Assembly: GCA_030390025.1 (NCBI GenBank)
Contig: CM059425.1
Coordinates: forward strand, 164,054,001 to 164,118,000
Direction: 5' to 3'
Origin: Squalus acanthias
Taxonomy: Eukaryota
DNA: 64,000 nt
Below, one piece after another: positions 50,867 through 64,000 of this stretch. Positions within the stretch are counted from its first letter, which is position 1; the number at the start of each line of letters is the position of its first letter. A program made the position numbers and the translations under genes. Below the pieces are notes generated by a model, which saw only the letters and a list, made by a program, of their open reading frames with translations, did no database searches and was not told where the DNA came from.

Positions 50867-51910
50867 AAAAACAGGAGGGTTGGGGTCGGGTGGGAAGATA
50901 AAGAGCTAAAAATCTGAATCCTGCCTCCAACTCGTCCACTCCTGGTTTTAACGGAGGCGGGACGGGTGCGGGCAGCCAATCTGCTCTCAGGAGGTGGGTC
51001 GCCCATTTAAATATTATAATGAGGCTGGCATGCCTCGGATTTAATCCCCATTTTAAATTTAACAGTGGCTGGCCGGATTTTGTAGGCCTCATGAAACCCG
51101 ACAGCTAAAGAAAGGCGAGGACTGCTGGATCCAGGAGGGAAGTGCCATTACACTTACCTCCTGGATATAGCATCCCTGCCTAACCGAACCCCCCCTGCGA
51201 TCGTAGACTCTGACACGAGGCCTCCGACTCCACCCCCCCCCCCCACCCCCCAGGCCTGCAATCGCCTTCCCAGCCTCACCCCCCACCCCCATGCTCATGC
51301 GGCCCCCCAATGTCGTCTGCCTCCCCAACCACCCCCCTCCCCCAACTGCCGATGCTCCTCCGGCCCCCTGATGTCGTCTGCCTACCCCCTCCCTCCCCCC
51401 GATGCTCCTCCAGCCCCCCCCCCCAATATCCTCTGCCTGTCCCCTATGCTCCTCCTGCCCCCCATGATGTCTTCTCAGCCCCACGATGTGCTCCTCCAGC
51501 CCTGAAATGACCTCCCGGCCCCCTGATCATGTTCCTCCGACCCCCGATGTGCTCCTCCGGCCCCCGATGTGCTCCCATGCCCACCTGCACCCTCGCCTGT
51601 GCTCCTCCAGCATTCCGATGTGCTCCCGGCCCCCTGATCATGTTCCTCCGGCCCCCGATGTGCTCCCCCAACGCGTGCTTCTCCAGCACCCCCATGCTCC
51701 ATTTTGCCCCCACCCGATCCCTCCCTCCCTCCTCTCTGTGTCCTAGTGCCACAGACTGGCTGTGGGTGAGAAACAGAGGTATGAAATGCAAATCAGGCCC
51801 TGCCATTAGATTCGGCAGGGCCTGCGGGAAACTCATTCTCCCGGGTTTCCTGACCGCTGTGAGCCACCCCACCCCTGCTCCCAACCCGCCAAAGGATTCA
51901 AATTCAGGCC
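50867..51910. mobile_element. Harbinger-type MITE with an internal C-rich degenerate minisatellite
   Basis: Termini ggggggaatttt / aaattcaggcc; repeated ccccgatgtgctcc units at 51300-51720. Confidence 0.65.
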
Positions 51911-52195
51911 AATATGTCTAGATTAAAAAAAAAATCTTATCAGGTGAAAGATGCCAACGTGAGAAAATGAAACACTTCCCATTTCAGGCCTCCATTGGCA
52001 GCATGAAAGACTCCCAGTTCAGGTACAGCATGGCCAAGTGTACGACCTGCTTCAGAAAGGCACCTTTTTACACCAGCCAACTTTGTGTCCTTTCTGGGTA
52101 AAAGTGCTAATTTAGTGCTAAATAAAGAACAATTTTCTGCTGTAGATACATTGCTCTAAGAAATGTATTTGAGACTGCCTAATTCATTTCAGCAA

Positions 52196-52468
52196 CTGTA
52201 AACAGGAATACTTTGGTCCATTCCTCTGTAAACAGGAATACTTTGGTCCATTCCTCTGTAAACAGGAATACTTTGGTCCATTCCTCTGTAAACAGGAATA
52301 CTTTGGTCCATTCCTCTGTAAACAGGAATACTTTGGTCCATTCCTCTGTAAACAGGAATACTTTGGTCCATTCCTCTGTAAACAGGAATACTTTGGTCCA
52401 TTCCTCTGTAAACAGGAATACTTTGGTCCATTCCTCTGTAAACAGGAATACTTTGGTCCATTCCTCTG
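52196..52468. repeat. Perfect 30-bp minisatellite, 9 copies + 3 bp
   Basis: Unit ctgtaaacaggaatactttggtccattcct repeated identically. Confidence 0.97.
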
Positions 52469-52529
52469 GATTGGATTTGAACTGAGGTGCAGCGGTAAAA
52501 GAACACGGGATACAGTTTCCACTTTGAGC

Positions 52530-53242
52530 ACAATCAGCAACCCAGGCACAAATTGTGCCCAAAATTGTGCTCGTTTTCTGAATTGAATATTTTGCTCAGG
52601 TTTCCGCTCACACTCATTTGAATATCGCCAAACGTAAAACCTGCCATGAACCAGCGCAATCGGACAGCCTTTTAGAATGTAATTGGTTATGTGTTTTCCT
52701 TGCATTAAAAAATATTCCTTGATATATTTAAGAGTGGTGAACTGATGCTGTTTTATTAATACAGTTGAAAATGGGTCTTTCACAAAAAATAAGCATTTTT
52801 ACTAAGAATGTCTAGTCCACTACCTGTGAGTAACCCGATTTTAAATCACTGAAAATGACCTTCAAAAACTATACAGAACCATTTACTGGTTTCATTGGTG
52901 TCCAGTAGTCAGTTTCTTAGTAAATTAAATATTTTTTTAATATTTAAAAGCTTTTAAAAGATGTCTATTAGTGCCTTTGTGCCTAAAGAAAACAGCTTCA
53001 TTTTAAGAGCCTCCTCGAAGGCCCGATAACGAGCGCAATTAGCGGAAACTCACCATAGTGATTAATTTGATCTGGGGGTGTGGCCAGTTTGTGGGCAGGG
53101 CCAGTTTCTAGCGCGATGTTTTTTAAACTGGCGCAAAAGATCGCAGAAACTCGATTTGCACTGGACATAATTTGCGCTTGAAATTCCTTCATCTTTTGCA
53201 CTGGTTTAGCTGATTTTGGGCAAATTGTGCTGAAAAAACCTT
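52530..53242. mobile_element. Harbinger-type MITE (family B), inverted relative to 35420-39057
   Basis: Shared blocks such as actatacagaaccatttact and aagagcctcctc. Confidence 0.7.
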
Positions 53243-54006
53243 GGCCCAGAAATTAAACATGGATGTTCCCGCGGGGGTATGGATTCCCCGCGATATCGCA
53301 CTCCGCGCCTACCTTTTTGCTCCAGGCCCACACGAACTTTAGTTTCAAAGGCTCTCTCTGTTGGAACCGTGCAGTGCTTGCGCGACCCAGAGGCGCAATT
53401 AGTTCGTGCGAGCTCTGGGATCACGTGATTCAGTTAGAGCCAATGGCAGCACACCATCTTTCATTCATAGTTTTGACAGGAAGAGCTGTCAAAGCTATGA
53501 ATACTACACACCCCCAAAAGAACAGCTAAACCTCAATTAAATTTTAAAAAAAAGCCATCACATTAATAAAATAAGTATAGTTAAATAAATTAACCACTTT
53601 AAATAAAAAATTAAATTTTTGAAAAAATTTAAAATCTTTTTAAAAGTTATAAAAATAAACTTACCTTTCTTTAAAGTCTCTAAAAAAGATAAACCTGTTG
53701 AAAAAAATTTAAAATAACACTTAATTAACTACTTACCTTGTTAAAAGGGGGTCCTACGCCTGCTTTCTTTGTGTGTAAAATCTTCACCACTTACCTGCGC
53801 GTTCAAAGCTGAAAAAAAAAACAAGTGCACTGTGTGCGCACAGCCTATAGCGCGCACGCGGTTCACTTAGGAACCGCCCCCTTTTCAATTCACGAAGTGC
53901 CGGTTTCCCGCGCATGCGCAGTGCATGCAGGAAACCGGCAATTCGGGATCTAATACGCGAGAGTACACAGTGCGTACTCTCGCGTATTAGGTTTAATTTT
54001 CGGGCC
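53243..54006 (-). mobile_element. Harbinger-type MITE (family A relative), inverted
   Basis: TIR ggcccagaaatt / aattttcgggcc; AT-rich core is the reverse complement of 47530-47790. Confidence 0.85.
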
Positions 54007-54642
54007 CATGTGTTTAAATCCATTGTACCACATGAAGTGGATTCTGACTACACAGAAATACATAGAACTTACAATACAGAAATAGGCCATTCAGCCCAAC
54101 TAGTCTGTGTTGGCATTTACCCTCCACGTGAGTAAACGGTCCTAATTAGATTTGCCCACCCTGTTCCCATAATCTTTCATCCCCTTTTCTGTCATCCACC
54201 TATCCAATCTAAACTTGAATGTTGACATACTTTCTACCTCAACCACTATCCCTGGAAGTGAGTTCCACAGCTCCGAACTCTGTCATAAGAAGTTTCTCTT
54301 GCTCTCTGTTATAAATCTCTTACATTTAATTTTGTATCTATGGCCCCTCATTCCAGACCCCTCAACTTTTGAAAACAGTCTGCTTCTTTCTACCATTTCC
54401 CATCCTTTCATAATTTTAAACTCCCCAATCATGTTACCCCATAATCTGCGTTGTTGTAATGAGAAAAAGTTCTAATTTTTCAAGTCTTTCTTCATATTTG
54501 TATTTCCTCATACCAGGCAGCATCCCAATGAATCTGCACTGTACCCTCTTTAAAACCTTAATATCCTTCTTGCAGTGCTCTAACTGAGGTCTTATTAAGG
54601 TTTAATTAGACTCATCATTACCTCTTGCCTTTTATATTCCAT

Positions 54643-55395
54643 GGGGGAAAAATTGAGCTGCGCCTCCTTTGGGGCGCTAACTTCGCCAGGGCACTACCTA
54701 TAGTGCCCCGAAAAAATTAGCACCCCCGCGGCCGAAATTGAGTGGTAGCGTCCCAAGAGAGAAGCGGGGCGCTACTGGAAGCACCCCGCCTCCCTCTTGG
54801 GGTGCTGCGAGGGAATATCGCGGCGCTACGTGCCGTGGTATTGCAGGCCTTCCTCCCCTTCTTAAAGGGGAGGGGCCAAGCGCAGCGCGACCCGGGGCCC
54901 AACTGGGCCACCAGGGATCGGAGTGCCGGCAAAAGAGCCCGGCACTCAAGAGAAGTGCCGGGCTCATGGAGCGCAGCCTGCACTCCGCGGGGGTGGGGGG
55001 GGGGGGGGGTGCTCAGGAGGCTGGGGACGGCAGTGGGGGCAGGTGCTGGCAGGCGGCCAGCAACAAAAATGGCCGCCCGGCACCTCACCTTTAAATAGCA
55101 CCGCCCAGGCCGCAGGTGGGCCCCCTGACCCCGTCGGACATAGCGTCCACCGGTAAGTCAGAGGGCACTACTGAAGATCGTGGCCGGGGCACGAGCGGGG
55201 TGCTGCGCACGGCGATGACATCATCGCTGTCGGCGCAGTGCCGTGGGACACTAACGGTTACTGCCACCGCTAACCTCCCGCTGAATTTCGCGGGAGGCGT
55301 TGGCTGTGCCGCGCCCAGGGCACTAGTTGCTTTGCGCCCCGTTAGCACCCTCTTAGGGCACTAACGGGAGGCGCAAAGCAACCAAAGTTTTCCTC
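54643..55395. mobile_element. Harbinger-type MITE nested in an old LINE fragment (about 54055-54640)
   Basis: Termini gggggaaaaatt / aagttttcctc; matches 600-1011; probable CAT TSD. Confidence 0.8.
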
Positions 55396-55584
55396 CATAT
55401 CTCTTATGATAAAATCTAGACTTCCATCACTGGACTTTAACTTTTGAGAGTTTCTATGTGGCTTAATGATGTTGTTTGAGATCTATCATAATGTACACTG
55501 CAGACTTCAGACCAGTAGCGAGTGAACCGAATGAGTGATTCTGGTCAGATTTAGTTCAATCACAACAAATCAAATGAGCAAAAT

Positions 55585-56025
<441 letters not shown>

Positions 56026-56684
56026 TCATAGAACCATAGCAGTTAATAGCAACGAAGGAGGCCATTTGGCCCATCAGGTACATGCTGGCTCTTACCAGAG
56101 CAATCTGCATTAATCCAACTGCCATGCTGTCTCCCTATAGCCTCATATCTTCCTCTACTTCAAATATTTGTCCAATTTTCCTTTGAAAAATGCAATGATA
56201 TATTCATAGAAGAATCTCTGCCATAACCATTCCCTCTGGCAACCTCTCTCCTCACTCTCTTAGTGGCAATTTTAAATTGATGACCCCTCATCACCAACTT
56301 CCCAATTAGAGGAACTAGTCTTTTCTTACTCACTTTATCAAAACTCAGCAAAATGTTAAAATACACTATTAAATCTCCTTGAAGCCTTCTCTGCTCAGTG
56401 GAAATCGTCCAAGTATTTCATGTCTCTCCTCATAACTATTTAATATCTCCAACATACCTTTATCTTCCACAATTAGGTTCTCTCCTTCATCCATGAGTGG
56501 TCATACCCTCTCTTTAACTATTCTTTTACTTTTTATATGTTTACAAAAGCCCTTAAAAGCCGTGGTAAAGTGGCGTGTTAAAGATAGCTGCATTAATAAT
56601 GATAATATATAATTTCTCACCTCTTCTGAGGACAATCACACCTGCACATATGGCTTATCAGCAAATATTTAACTATTATTCCTA

Positions 56685-56972
<288 letters not shown>

Positions 56973-58814
56973 CTAGTGGCATTAGTCAGAAATATAGCTT
57001 TAATTAAAATACATTGGTTAATGTGGAAAATTCATCCAGTCACACACTGCAAATAGGACATGAACTGGAGAGCAGAAAATTCAAACAATGAGTGTATAAT
57101 TGCCTATAAGAATGTCAAATGATGCCAATAACATCAGATAAACAATAATTCCACCCAGCACATTTTAAATTTTTTATTAAGTTTATACTTAAAGTGGTTA
57201 TGTGGCACTGCAGAGTTTTGAATCTCCAACATGCTGTGCTACAGGGTGATAATTGTAGGTTTGTGCCCAGAATGCCATACATGGCAAGTTCCTGTTCTCA
57301 GCCACATGGCTGTAGGCGTTTGCCCTCGGGAAGGAGGAAGATTGGAGAGTGAGTCACTCTGGACACTGTCAAGTGATTCACTGCAATCAACCTAATGGCA
57401 GAGGCCTGGGAGCAGATCACCTGTCTGACCTTTCATTCAGGGTGTAGTGTATGAAATGGGGATAATTAAAGTAAGGGGAGGGTGGAGTAGAGAGAGTGTA
57501 AAATAAATTACAAATAGAATGTTCTCTTCTAGTAAAATACTTACAATTCTGGAAATTACTCAGCAATGCTGTTGTACAAACGTATTTCACGTTTATCATC
57601 TACGTTAAAGGCACTATATAAATGCAAGTTGTTGTTGTAGTTGTTTGTATCAAATTCCTCTCTCCGCTATTTAAATCGAGACGTTAACCCATTTGAAATA
57701 AATAGATAGGTCTACTAATGTTTAGAAATCTCCATGAATGGCTAGAGCTGTTTAAAATGTTGTACATGTGGGTCTAGGCTACAGGTAGAAAATTTACAGA
57801 ACTTAGCACCTTCCTAAAATTTGAACTATTGCACTGTTGATTAGTCAGAAGTGATACAATAATTTTGAAATCCTTGTTCACATTGTTTACCAGAAACAAC
57901 TGTTATTGTACAAAGTGACGTATGACACACGTATCGCTTATTTTTTCCTACTAATTACAGAAATGTTTGTAATGAATCACTGCTATAACCAATAGTAACA
58001 TGTTGGAGCAGTGCTTCAGAAAGTACATTACATCCTATTTCATAACCTGTACTACTGCCACAACAAATAAAATATATATATATAGACGCAATGAACAAGC
58101 GTACTATGTCACTGTGTTAAAACATTGCAAATAAAATGCTATATGTTGCCACAGCAGCATAGATAATTAACTGTGTGTGACGTTTGTAAATACTAATCCA
58201 ACAAAGACAAAAAGTAGTTTGTTTTCTCAGTTTACTAGAGGTTGTTGTGTTGCCATGTGTTGTGGATTATCAAACTGGTGGATTACTTCTTTCTTACTGG
58301 GATGAAAAGTTCCAGCAATTAGAGCATAATTTGACATTATGCACGATACTTAATTGTCTCAACACTTTCCAAAACAATGAGGTCAATTTTCATCTTCACC
58401 ATGTGGACGGTAATCCGTCCATTATAGAACCCGCCCAATTTTCATTCCATTGGAAATTTCCCCAAAGTTTTGCAAATATTAACTTAATTCTTATTAAAAT
58501 GATGTATTTGTCCAACAAATGTTGCCCTTTTCTGAATAAATTAATTAAAAAATCAATTTTTTAGACAAAAGAAATGAAACATGCAAAGGAAAATGTTGAC
58601 TCTGTAGTCAAGCAATCGGTTTTGCGCCGGTTTCCAGTGCGAAGTGGGCGTTGCACCTGGAGCACGCTCCCAAAGACATCAGCCCGAGGCTCGCTCCAAA
58701 TTTGGCCTAGTACCTCATTTCCATAGAACCGGCGACTTTCGGATACCAATCGGGCGTCCTGATGCAGCTCACTGGTCGAGCCCTTCGCATGTCGGCTGGC
58801 CCAGATGCCAAGCT

Positions 58815-60540
58815 GGCCTGCAGGGAGGCCTTGGGCTGGATTTTCTCAGCCCCGAGGAGGCGGGTATGGAGGCGGGACTGCCAGTAAAGTCGCAGAAAGT
58901 GGGGGCGGATGGCAAACCCACCCCCATCCCGCCTCCGTGCCCTTTTGCCAGGAGGCGGGAAGATGTGCTGCTTTGGGTCCCGTCTCCTTGAGGCGGGAAA
59001 GGGATTAAATCCTTCTAACTGCCTGTTAACAGGTAGTTAACAGGCAGAAAAAAGGATTAGTCCCATTTTACCTTTTTAGGTGAAGGCTTCCTGACCTCGG
59101 AGAACCCTGCCGGGTTGGCGGAGTCGAGTAGGAGGTCTGCTGGGGTCGGAGGGACCTGAAAGTAAGATGTAGAGGTGAGTGATGGTGCAAGTGTGGAATG
59201 GTAAGTATGGAAGGTAAGTGTTAAGTTTAAAAAATGTTCACTTACCTTTGTTTCTGCCTACAGCCTTCATCCGCTCTGGATCGGGAGTCCCGACATCTTC
59301 CTTGTCGATTTCACAGACTGGCTGTTGGATCCTCCGAACCAACAGTCATCTGAAATCTACAAAGTTGAAAGGTTTGATGAGTCCTGAACAGAAGGACTCA
59401 TCAAACTACAGAGAATGTCAGTGTTTGACAGCTTCACAGAGCTGTCAAACGATAACATTTCTTCTTTCAAGAAGTCTTGACAGATAGCACATCAGACGTT
59501 AGGCGTGCTCTGTCAGTGACTTCCCCCCAATTGGCCTGCTGAGCCCGCAGGGCAGCCTTAACAAGGTCAATCAGGGGAAAATCCCACTGGTTGGCCAGAA
59601 GATGATGGAGGCGGGACATAGACCCGACAAGCAGCAGTCCCGCCTCCAACTCGTCTCCATTGAGAAAATCCAGCCCCTTGTCTCTTTTTAGCACTCTATC
59701 AGACATATAGGGGTGATTTTTCCAGCCCTGGGAAGGTGGATTTGGAGGCAGGACTGCTGGGAAAATGGCAGAATCTGGGGGCGGGTACCCATCCCGCCCC
59801 CAACCCTGCCTCCATGCCATCTTCCCAGGAGGTGGGTACCCGACCCGCGCCGAGTCCCATCTCCTGGAGGCAGGAAGGGGATTACAGCCACTTAACTGCC
59901 TGTTAACAGGTAGTTAACAGGCAGTTAAGAGGATTATCCCCATTTTTCCAACAGAGGTGCGGGCTTCCCGACTGTCGGGAAACCCCGCCAGGGTCAGCGA
60001 GGCGAGCAGTGGGCCTGCGGGGGTGAGAGGGGTCGAAAAGTGCGCTGTGGAGGTGAGTGATGGGTGCAAGTGTGGAGAGGTAAGTATGTGAGGTGAGTGA
60101 AAAGTGTTAGAAAAAGTTTCCTTACCTTTGTTTCTTCCTGCAGGCTTCAATCGTTGGGGATCGGGAGGCTCCGGCATCTCCACAGCAGAGATGACAGAAT
60201 GGCTGCTGCATTCTCCGATGTGACAGCCATCTGCTTTCTGCTCAGGAAATAGGTTTGGTGAGCCTTGAGTACAAGAACTCACCAAACAACAGAGAATGTC
60301 AGTGTTTGACAGCTTCTCAAAGCTGTCAAACAATGACAATTCATCTGTCAAAATTTTTGACAGATGAAACGTCATACGCTGATGTTCTCTGTCACCTGCT
60401 TTCCCTTAATTGGCCTGCTAAGCCCCCATTGGCAAAATCACCCCCATACCATTTCAGACTGAGAGGAAGGCAGGCAGTCTGCTCTATCTATTCTGCTTTT
60501 GAATTGGAACTGACCATTAGGTGGTGAAGAAAATCACTTT
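58815..60540. mobile_element. Two adjacent related Harbinger-type MITEs (about 58815-59675 and 59710-60540)
   Basis: Shared blocks taactgcctgttaacaggtagttaacaggcag, cttacctttgtttc and acagagaatgtcagtgtttgacagct; termini gggctggattttc / gaaaatccagccc. Confidence 0.7.
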
Positions 60541-61072
60541 GGGCTGACTCAATCCTATTTTCCCCTCCTATTTTCCTGTTGGGAAGCACTTTGATATGCC
60601 ATGTGGTGAGGCATGGGTATGATATTGCATTGGAGCAGCACTATACTGCTCTAGTATGCCCTTTAGGTTTTAATGCTTTTGAAAGCTGTCTCTGTGACCA
60701 ACAGAACCAGATACTGGCTCTCAAACTGATATTTAAAAATGAGTAAAACAAATCCACTTCATGCATAGGCAGCACCATTGGCTTGTGAGCTGCTTTCTCT
60801 ATTTCCACCGCTGTCTAAATTTGTTGAACAGGTATTGTAGCTCCCTATATTGAATGATCCATGCAAGATCAATCTGATCCCCTTCAGGCTGAGTCAATCC
60901 CTTTTGTATCTGCATCGTTTTGATGATTAGACAGGATCAACTTGCTGTTTGTTTCCCAATTATTCCAATAATATCTGATTACCAACTGCATCTGGTGTAG
61001 AAAGGAGACTGCACTTCATTCTCAGGGCAAGATTTTTTTTTAATCTTCCAGAAATGGCAACTAAACATTTTT

Positions 61073-61964
61073 GGGGAAAAATTCAGTCGCGCCCCGTTTG
61101 GGGCGCAAATATCGTCCGGGCGCAAAAATTAGCGCCTGGCGCTAATTATCGCCACTGACTGGAAACTTCACTTTTAACGCCCCGGGAGGTGATTGGAGCG
61201 CTAAATCAGGCGCTGCACACCTGTTTTAAGGCGCAAAGGCCGAGGAGCGAGGCGCTACCTCAGAGCGCTGGCGAAGCTCATGTGATGTCAGTCAGCAATG
61301 GAACACAGACACAATGGCACGGGCCAGTTCTTAAAGGGGATGGTTAATCTTGCTTTCCATCCACATCCTGCTCATTGCAGCCTTGAATCTCGGCCTGGAG
61401 AGACCTGCACATCAAATGTGCTGGAAAGAGCAATGGAGAGTACCAGGCAAAGAGCTCAGAGTGCAGTCCCCACAGTCTCTGCTCAATCGATACAAGGAAT
61501 GGCAAATCAAAATGAACCTGCAAAGTGCTGCTCAGTACCCAAAACTCCTTCACACAACGTTGAATCTCTCCAGAAGTCTCTCCCTCTCTCTCTCAGAATG
61601 CGTAGTTCAAAAATGGCACCAACAATAAAAGGCAGGAAGCGGTCAACTTTAAATAGCGCTCCCCTTTTCCCTTCATGACTGCAGAACGCTCCCCTCAACC
61701 TGTCGTTGCTAGCGTCAGGCGGTAAGGCAGGGGGCGCCACTCAATATCCGCTCCGGGGCGATACCGGGGCGTTGCGCACTCGAGTGACGTCATGATCTGC
61801 CGGCGCAGGAGATCGTGGCGGTAGTGTTTAGCGCCGCCGCAAAATGTCTAGTTAATTTCGCGAGCGGCGCAAACTTCGCCGCGCCCGGGCGCTAGCTGCT
61901 TTGCGCCCCATTAGCGCCCTCTTAAGGCACTAATGGGAGGCGCAACCAACTGAATTTTTCCCCC
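61073..61964. mobile_element. PIF/Harbinger MITE
   Basis: TIR ggggaaaaattcagt / actgaatttttcccc; TTT flanks. Confidence 0.85.
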
Positions 61965-62302
61965 TTTAACTATTACTATATCTGAAAGATTTTTACAATG
62001 GTCCAGTAGTCATTTTGGTTATCTCTTTACTTCTCCTTCCAATTTTCTCTTCTTTTCTTCCAGTCTCTCCCGAGGGTACGGACTCCTGCTGGTGTACAGT
62101 TGCATGGGCGCTGGCAACCCTCGGGTATCTTGGCCCAAGTTGCCAATCTTCATATTGAAGCTTACAGTGAATATTGCCAGGCTACTGTGTTATGGGAGGC
62201 AACACAGCTAAACCCGAGCTGTCCTCTCCCAATGCCCTTCACCAAAAGGCCTTATTGGATGGCAACCAGGAGTGGGAATCTTAGCTGATGTTTGGAGTGG
62301 GT

Positions 62303-62685
62303 AAAAAAGAAAGACTTACATTTATATAGCGCCTTTCATGACCACCGGACGTCTCAAAGCGCTTTACAGCCAATTAAGTACTTTTTTTGGAGTGTAGTCA
62401 CTGTTGTAATGTGGGAAACGCGGCAGCCAATTTGCGCACAGCAAGCTCCCACAAACAGTAATGTGATAATGACCAGATAAACTGCTTTTGTTATGTTGAT
62501 TGAGGGATAAATATTGGCCAGGACACCAGGGATAACTCCCCTACTCTTCTTCGAAATACTGCCATGGTATCTTTTACGTCCACCTGAGAGAGTTTACCGT
62601 CTCATCCGAAAGACAGCACCTCTGACACTGCAGCACTCCCTCAGCACTGCACTGGAGTGTCAGCCTGGATTTATGTGCTCAAGTC
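62303..62685 (-). mobile_element. DeuSINE (SacSINE1-like), head truncated
   Basis: Matches 34071-34450. Confidence 0.85.
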
Positions 62686-62687
62686 CC

Positions 62688-63117
62688 TTAGGGTACAGAA
62701 GAGGTTCAGTAGGACGGTGCCAGGAATTAGTTTGTGAAGAGAGCAGAGATGGTTAAGAGGAGAATCTGATAGAGGTGTTCAAAATTATGAAGGGATTCTG
62801 ATAAGGTAAATAGGGAAAAACTATTTCTACTGGTTAGTAAACCGGTAACTAGAGGGGATAGGTTTAAGCTCATCACCAAAAGAATGAAGGGAGAGGTTAG
62901 GAGATTTTTTTATGCAGAGAATCATTTGGATATGGCCTACCAGAAACAGAATCCATAATTAGCTTAGAAAAGAAAGAGGATAATTACTTGAAAAATAATA
63001 ATAATTTAAAGGTTTTGGGGGAAGGGCAAGGGAATGGGACAAAGCCTCTTCAGAACGCCAGTATAGGTGTGATGGGCCGAATTACAGTCTGTGCTGTAAA
63101 ATTCTATGATTCTATGG
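62688..63117 (+). mobile_element. CR1 3' fragment
   Basis: ctgatagaggtgttcaaaattatg; ttctatgattctatg tail. Confidence 0.75.
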
Positions 63118-63339
63118 TAATTGCCGGATCTAACTTCAGAGAGGGAGCAGGTTTGTTCTGTGTAATTTGCTAACTTTAATTTTACCCCCTCTTTTGCCCT
63201 TTCATTCCCTATAATTTGGCTCACTTTCCTTCAGTTCAAAGGGTAGAATAGTCAGACTGCTACCATCTCTTGCAGTCCTGGCAATGTCATTCTATACCTT
63301 CTCTTCAAATGGTCTGCCCTGTCTTAGATTGATTTTTAA

Positions 63340-63745
63340 TTTGTTCACTGTAAGTGTTTGCAAAGGCTGCATTCAATGCCCACTCCAGTTGCCCAGAACT
63401 GCTGTAGTGTTTGTGGTGATGTTGATAATACTCCCACAATAATGTTAGGTAGAGAATTCTACGATTGTGGAACAATGACATGAAGGATCGGTGATATATT
63501 TCCAAGTCATGATGGTGTTTGACTTAGGGAGGAAATTGGAAGTGATTGTGTTCCCATGTTATTGATGCTCTTGTCCTTCTCAAAGGTAAAAGTTGCAAGG
63601 CTGGGAAGTGCATTTGAGGTAACCTTGATGGATTAATGCAGTGCATCCTGTAGATAGTACATACTGTAGCCACAGTGAGCCGGTGTGGCTGGGCTGATTT
63701 AGTCCAGTGATAGAGGGACTAATCAAGCAGACTATTTTGTCCTAG
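63340..63745 (-). mobile_element. Degenerate HER1-like LINE 3' fragment
   Basis: Similar to 20170-20450 (gatatatttccaagtca, cagtgcatcctgtagat). Confidence 0.6.
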
Positions 63746-64000
63746 TGAAGTGCTGCATCTAGCAGCCCAGACAAGAACAAACTCATTTCAGTCTCTAACG
63801 ACATTAGATTTGGGGTTCAGGCGTGACTTCTACCTGTAGGTCAGAATGTCACCTTTTGCAAAAAGAATTGATTTTGTGTCTATTTTATTCTGTGGAAAAG
63901 AGGAAATATGTAGCAATATTGTTATATAAACACTTAACTCAAATGGTTAATGCCTCTTGTTAACATACCAAAAACAAGAATTTAATAGGAGCTTGTTAAG

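Noticed and set aside
51089..51921. Gly-rich and Pro-rich ORFs
   Set aside because: They arise from a GC-skewed repeat within a MITE, with no splice or homology support.
52196..52468. CRISPR-like 30-bp repeats and the repetitive ORFs over them
   Set aside because: The units are head-to-tail with no spacers, there are no cas genes and the context is a eukaryotic intron; the ORFs are a by-product of a unit length divisible by 3.

Overview
Vertebrate genomic DNA, almost certainly from a shark or other chondrichthyan: it carries HE1/V-SINE-, SacSINE1/DeuSINE- and HER1-like repeats, CR1 LINEs and shark-type Penelope tails. The only host gene I can support is PCSK1 (prohormone convertase 1/3) on the minus strand. 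Eight coding exons (equivalent to exons 7-14; 173, 213, 101, 234, 158, 134, 162 and 363 bp, all GT-AG and phase-compatible) span 56944 down to the stop at 28408. I did not find exons 1-6, which presumably lie beyond 64000. The rest is a dense, nested mobile-element landscape: PIF/Harbinger relics (HARBI1-like transposase plus Myb/SANT partner) and their MITEs with 3-bp TSDs, a small hAT MITE family with 8-bp TSDs, CR1/L2/RTE-like LINEs, a Penelope GIY-YIG fragment, two solo LTRs and a perfect 30-bp VNTR. The most unusual items are an 86-bp-arm Penelope-derived hairpin broken at a hammerhead-ribozyme core, a core-mutated hammerhead about 40 nt from a PCSK1 splice donor, a young 1.64-kb solo LTR, MITEs carrying promoter motifs plus splice donors, and inverted repeat pairs bracketing catalytic exons. 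There is no CRISPR array and no prokaryotic system. All repeat family names come from motif recognition, not from database searches.
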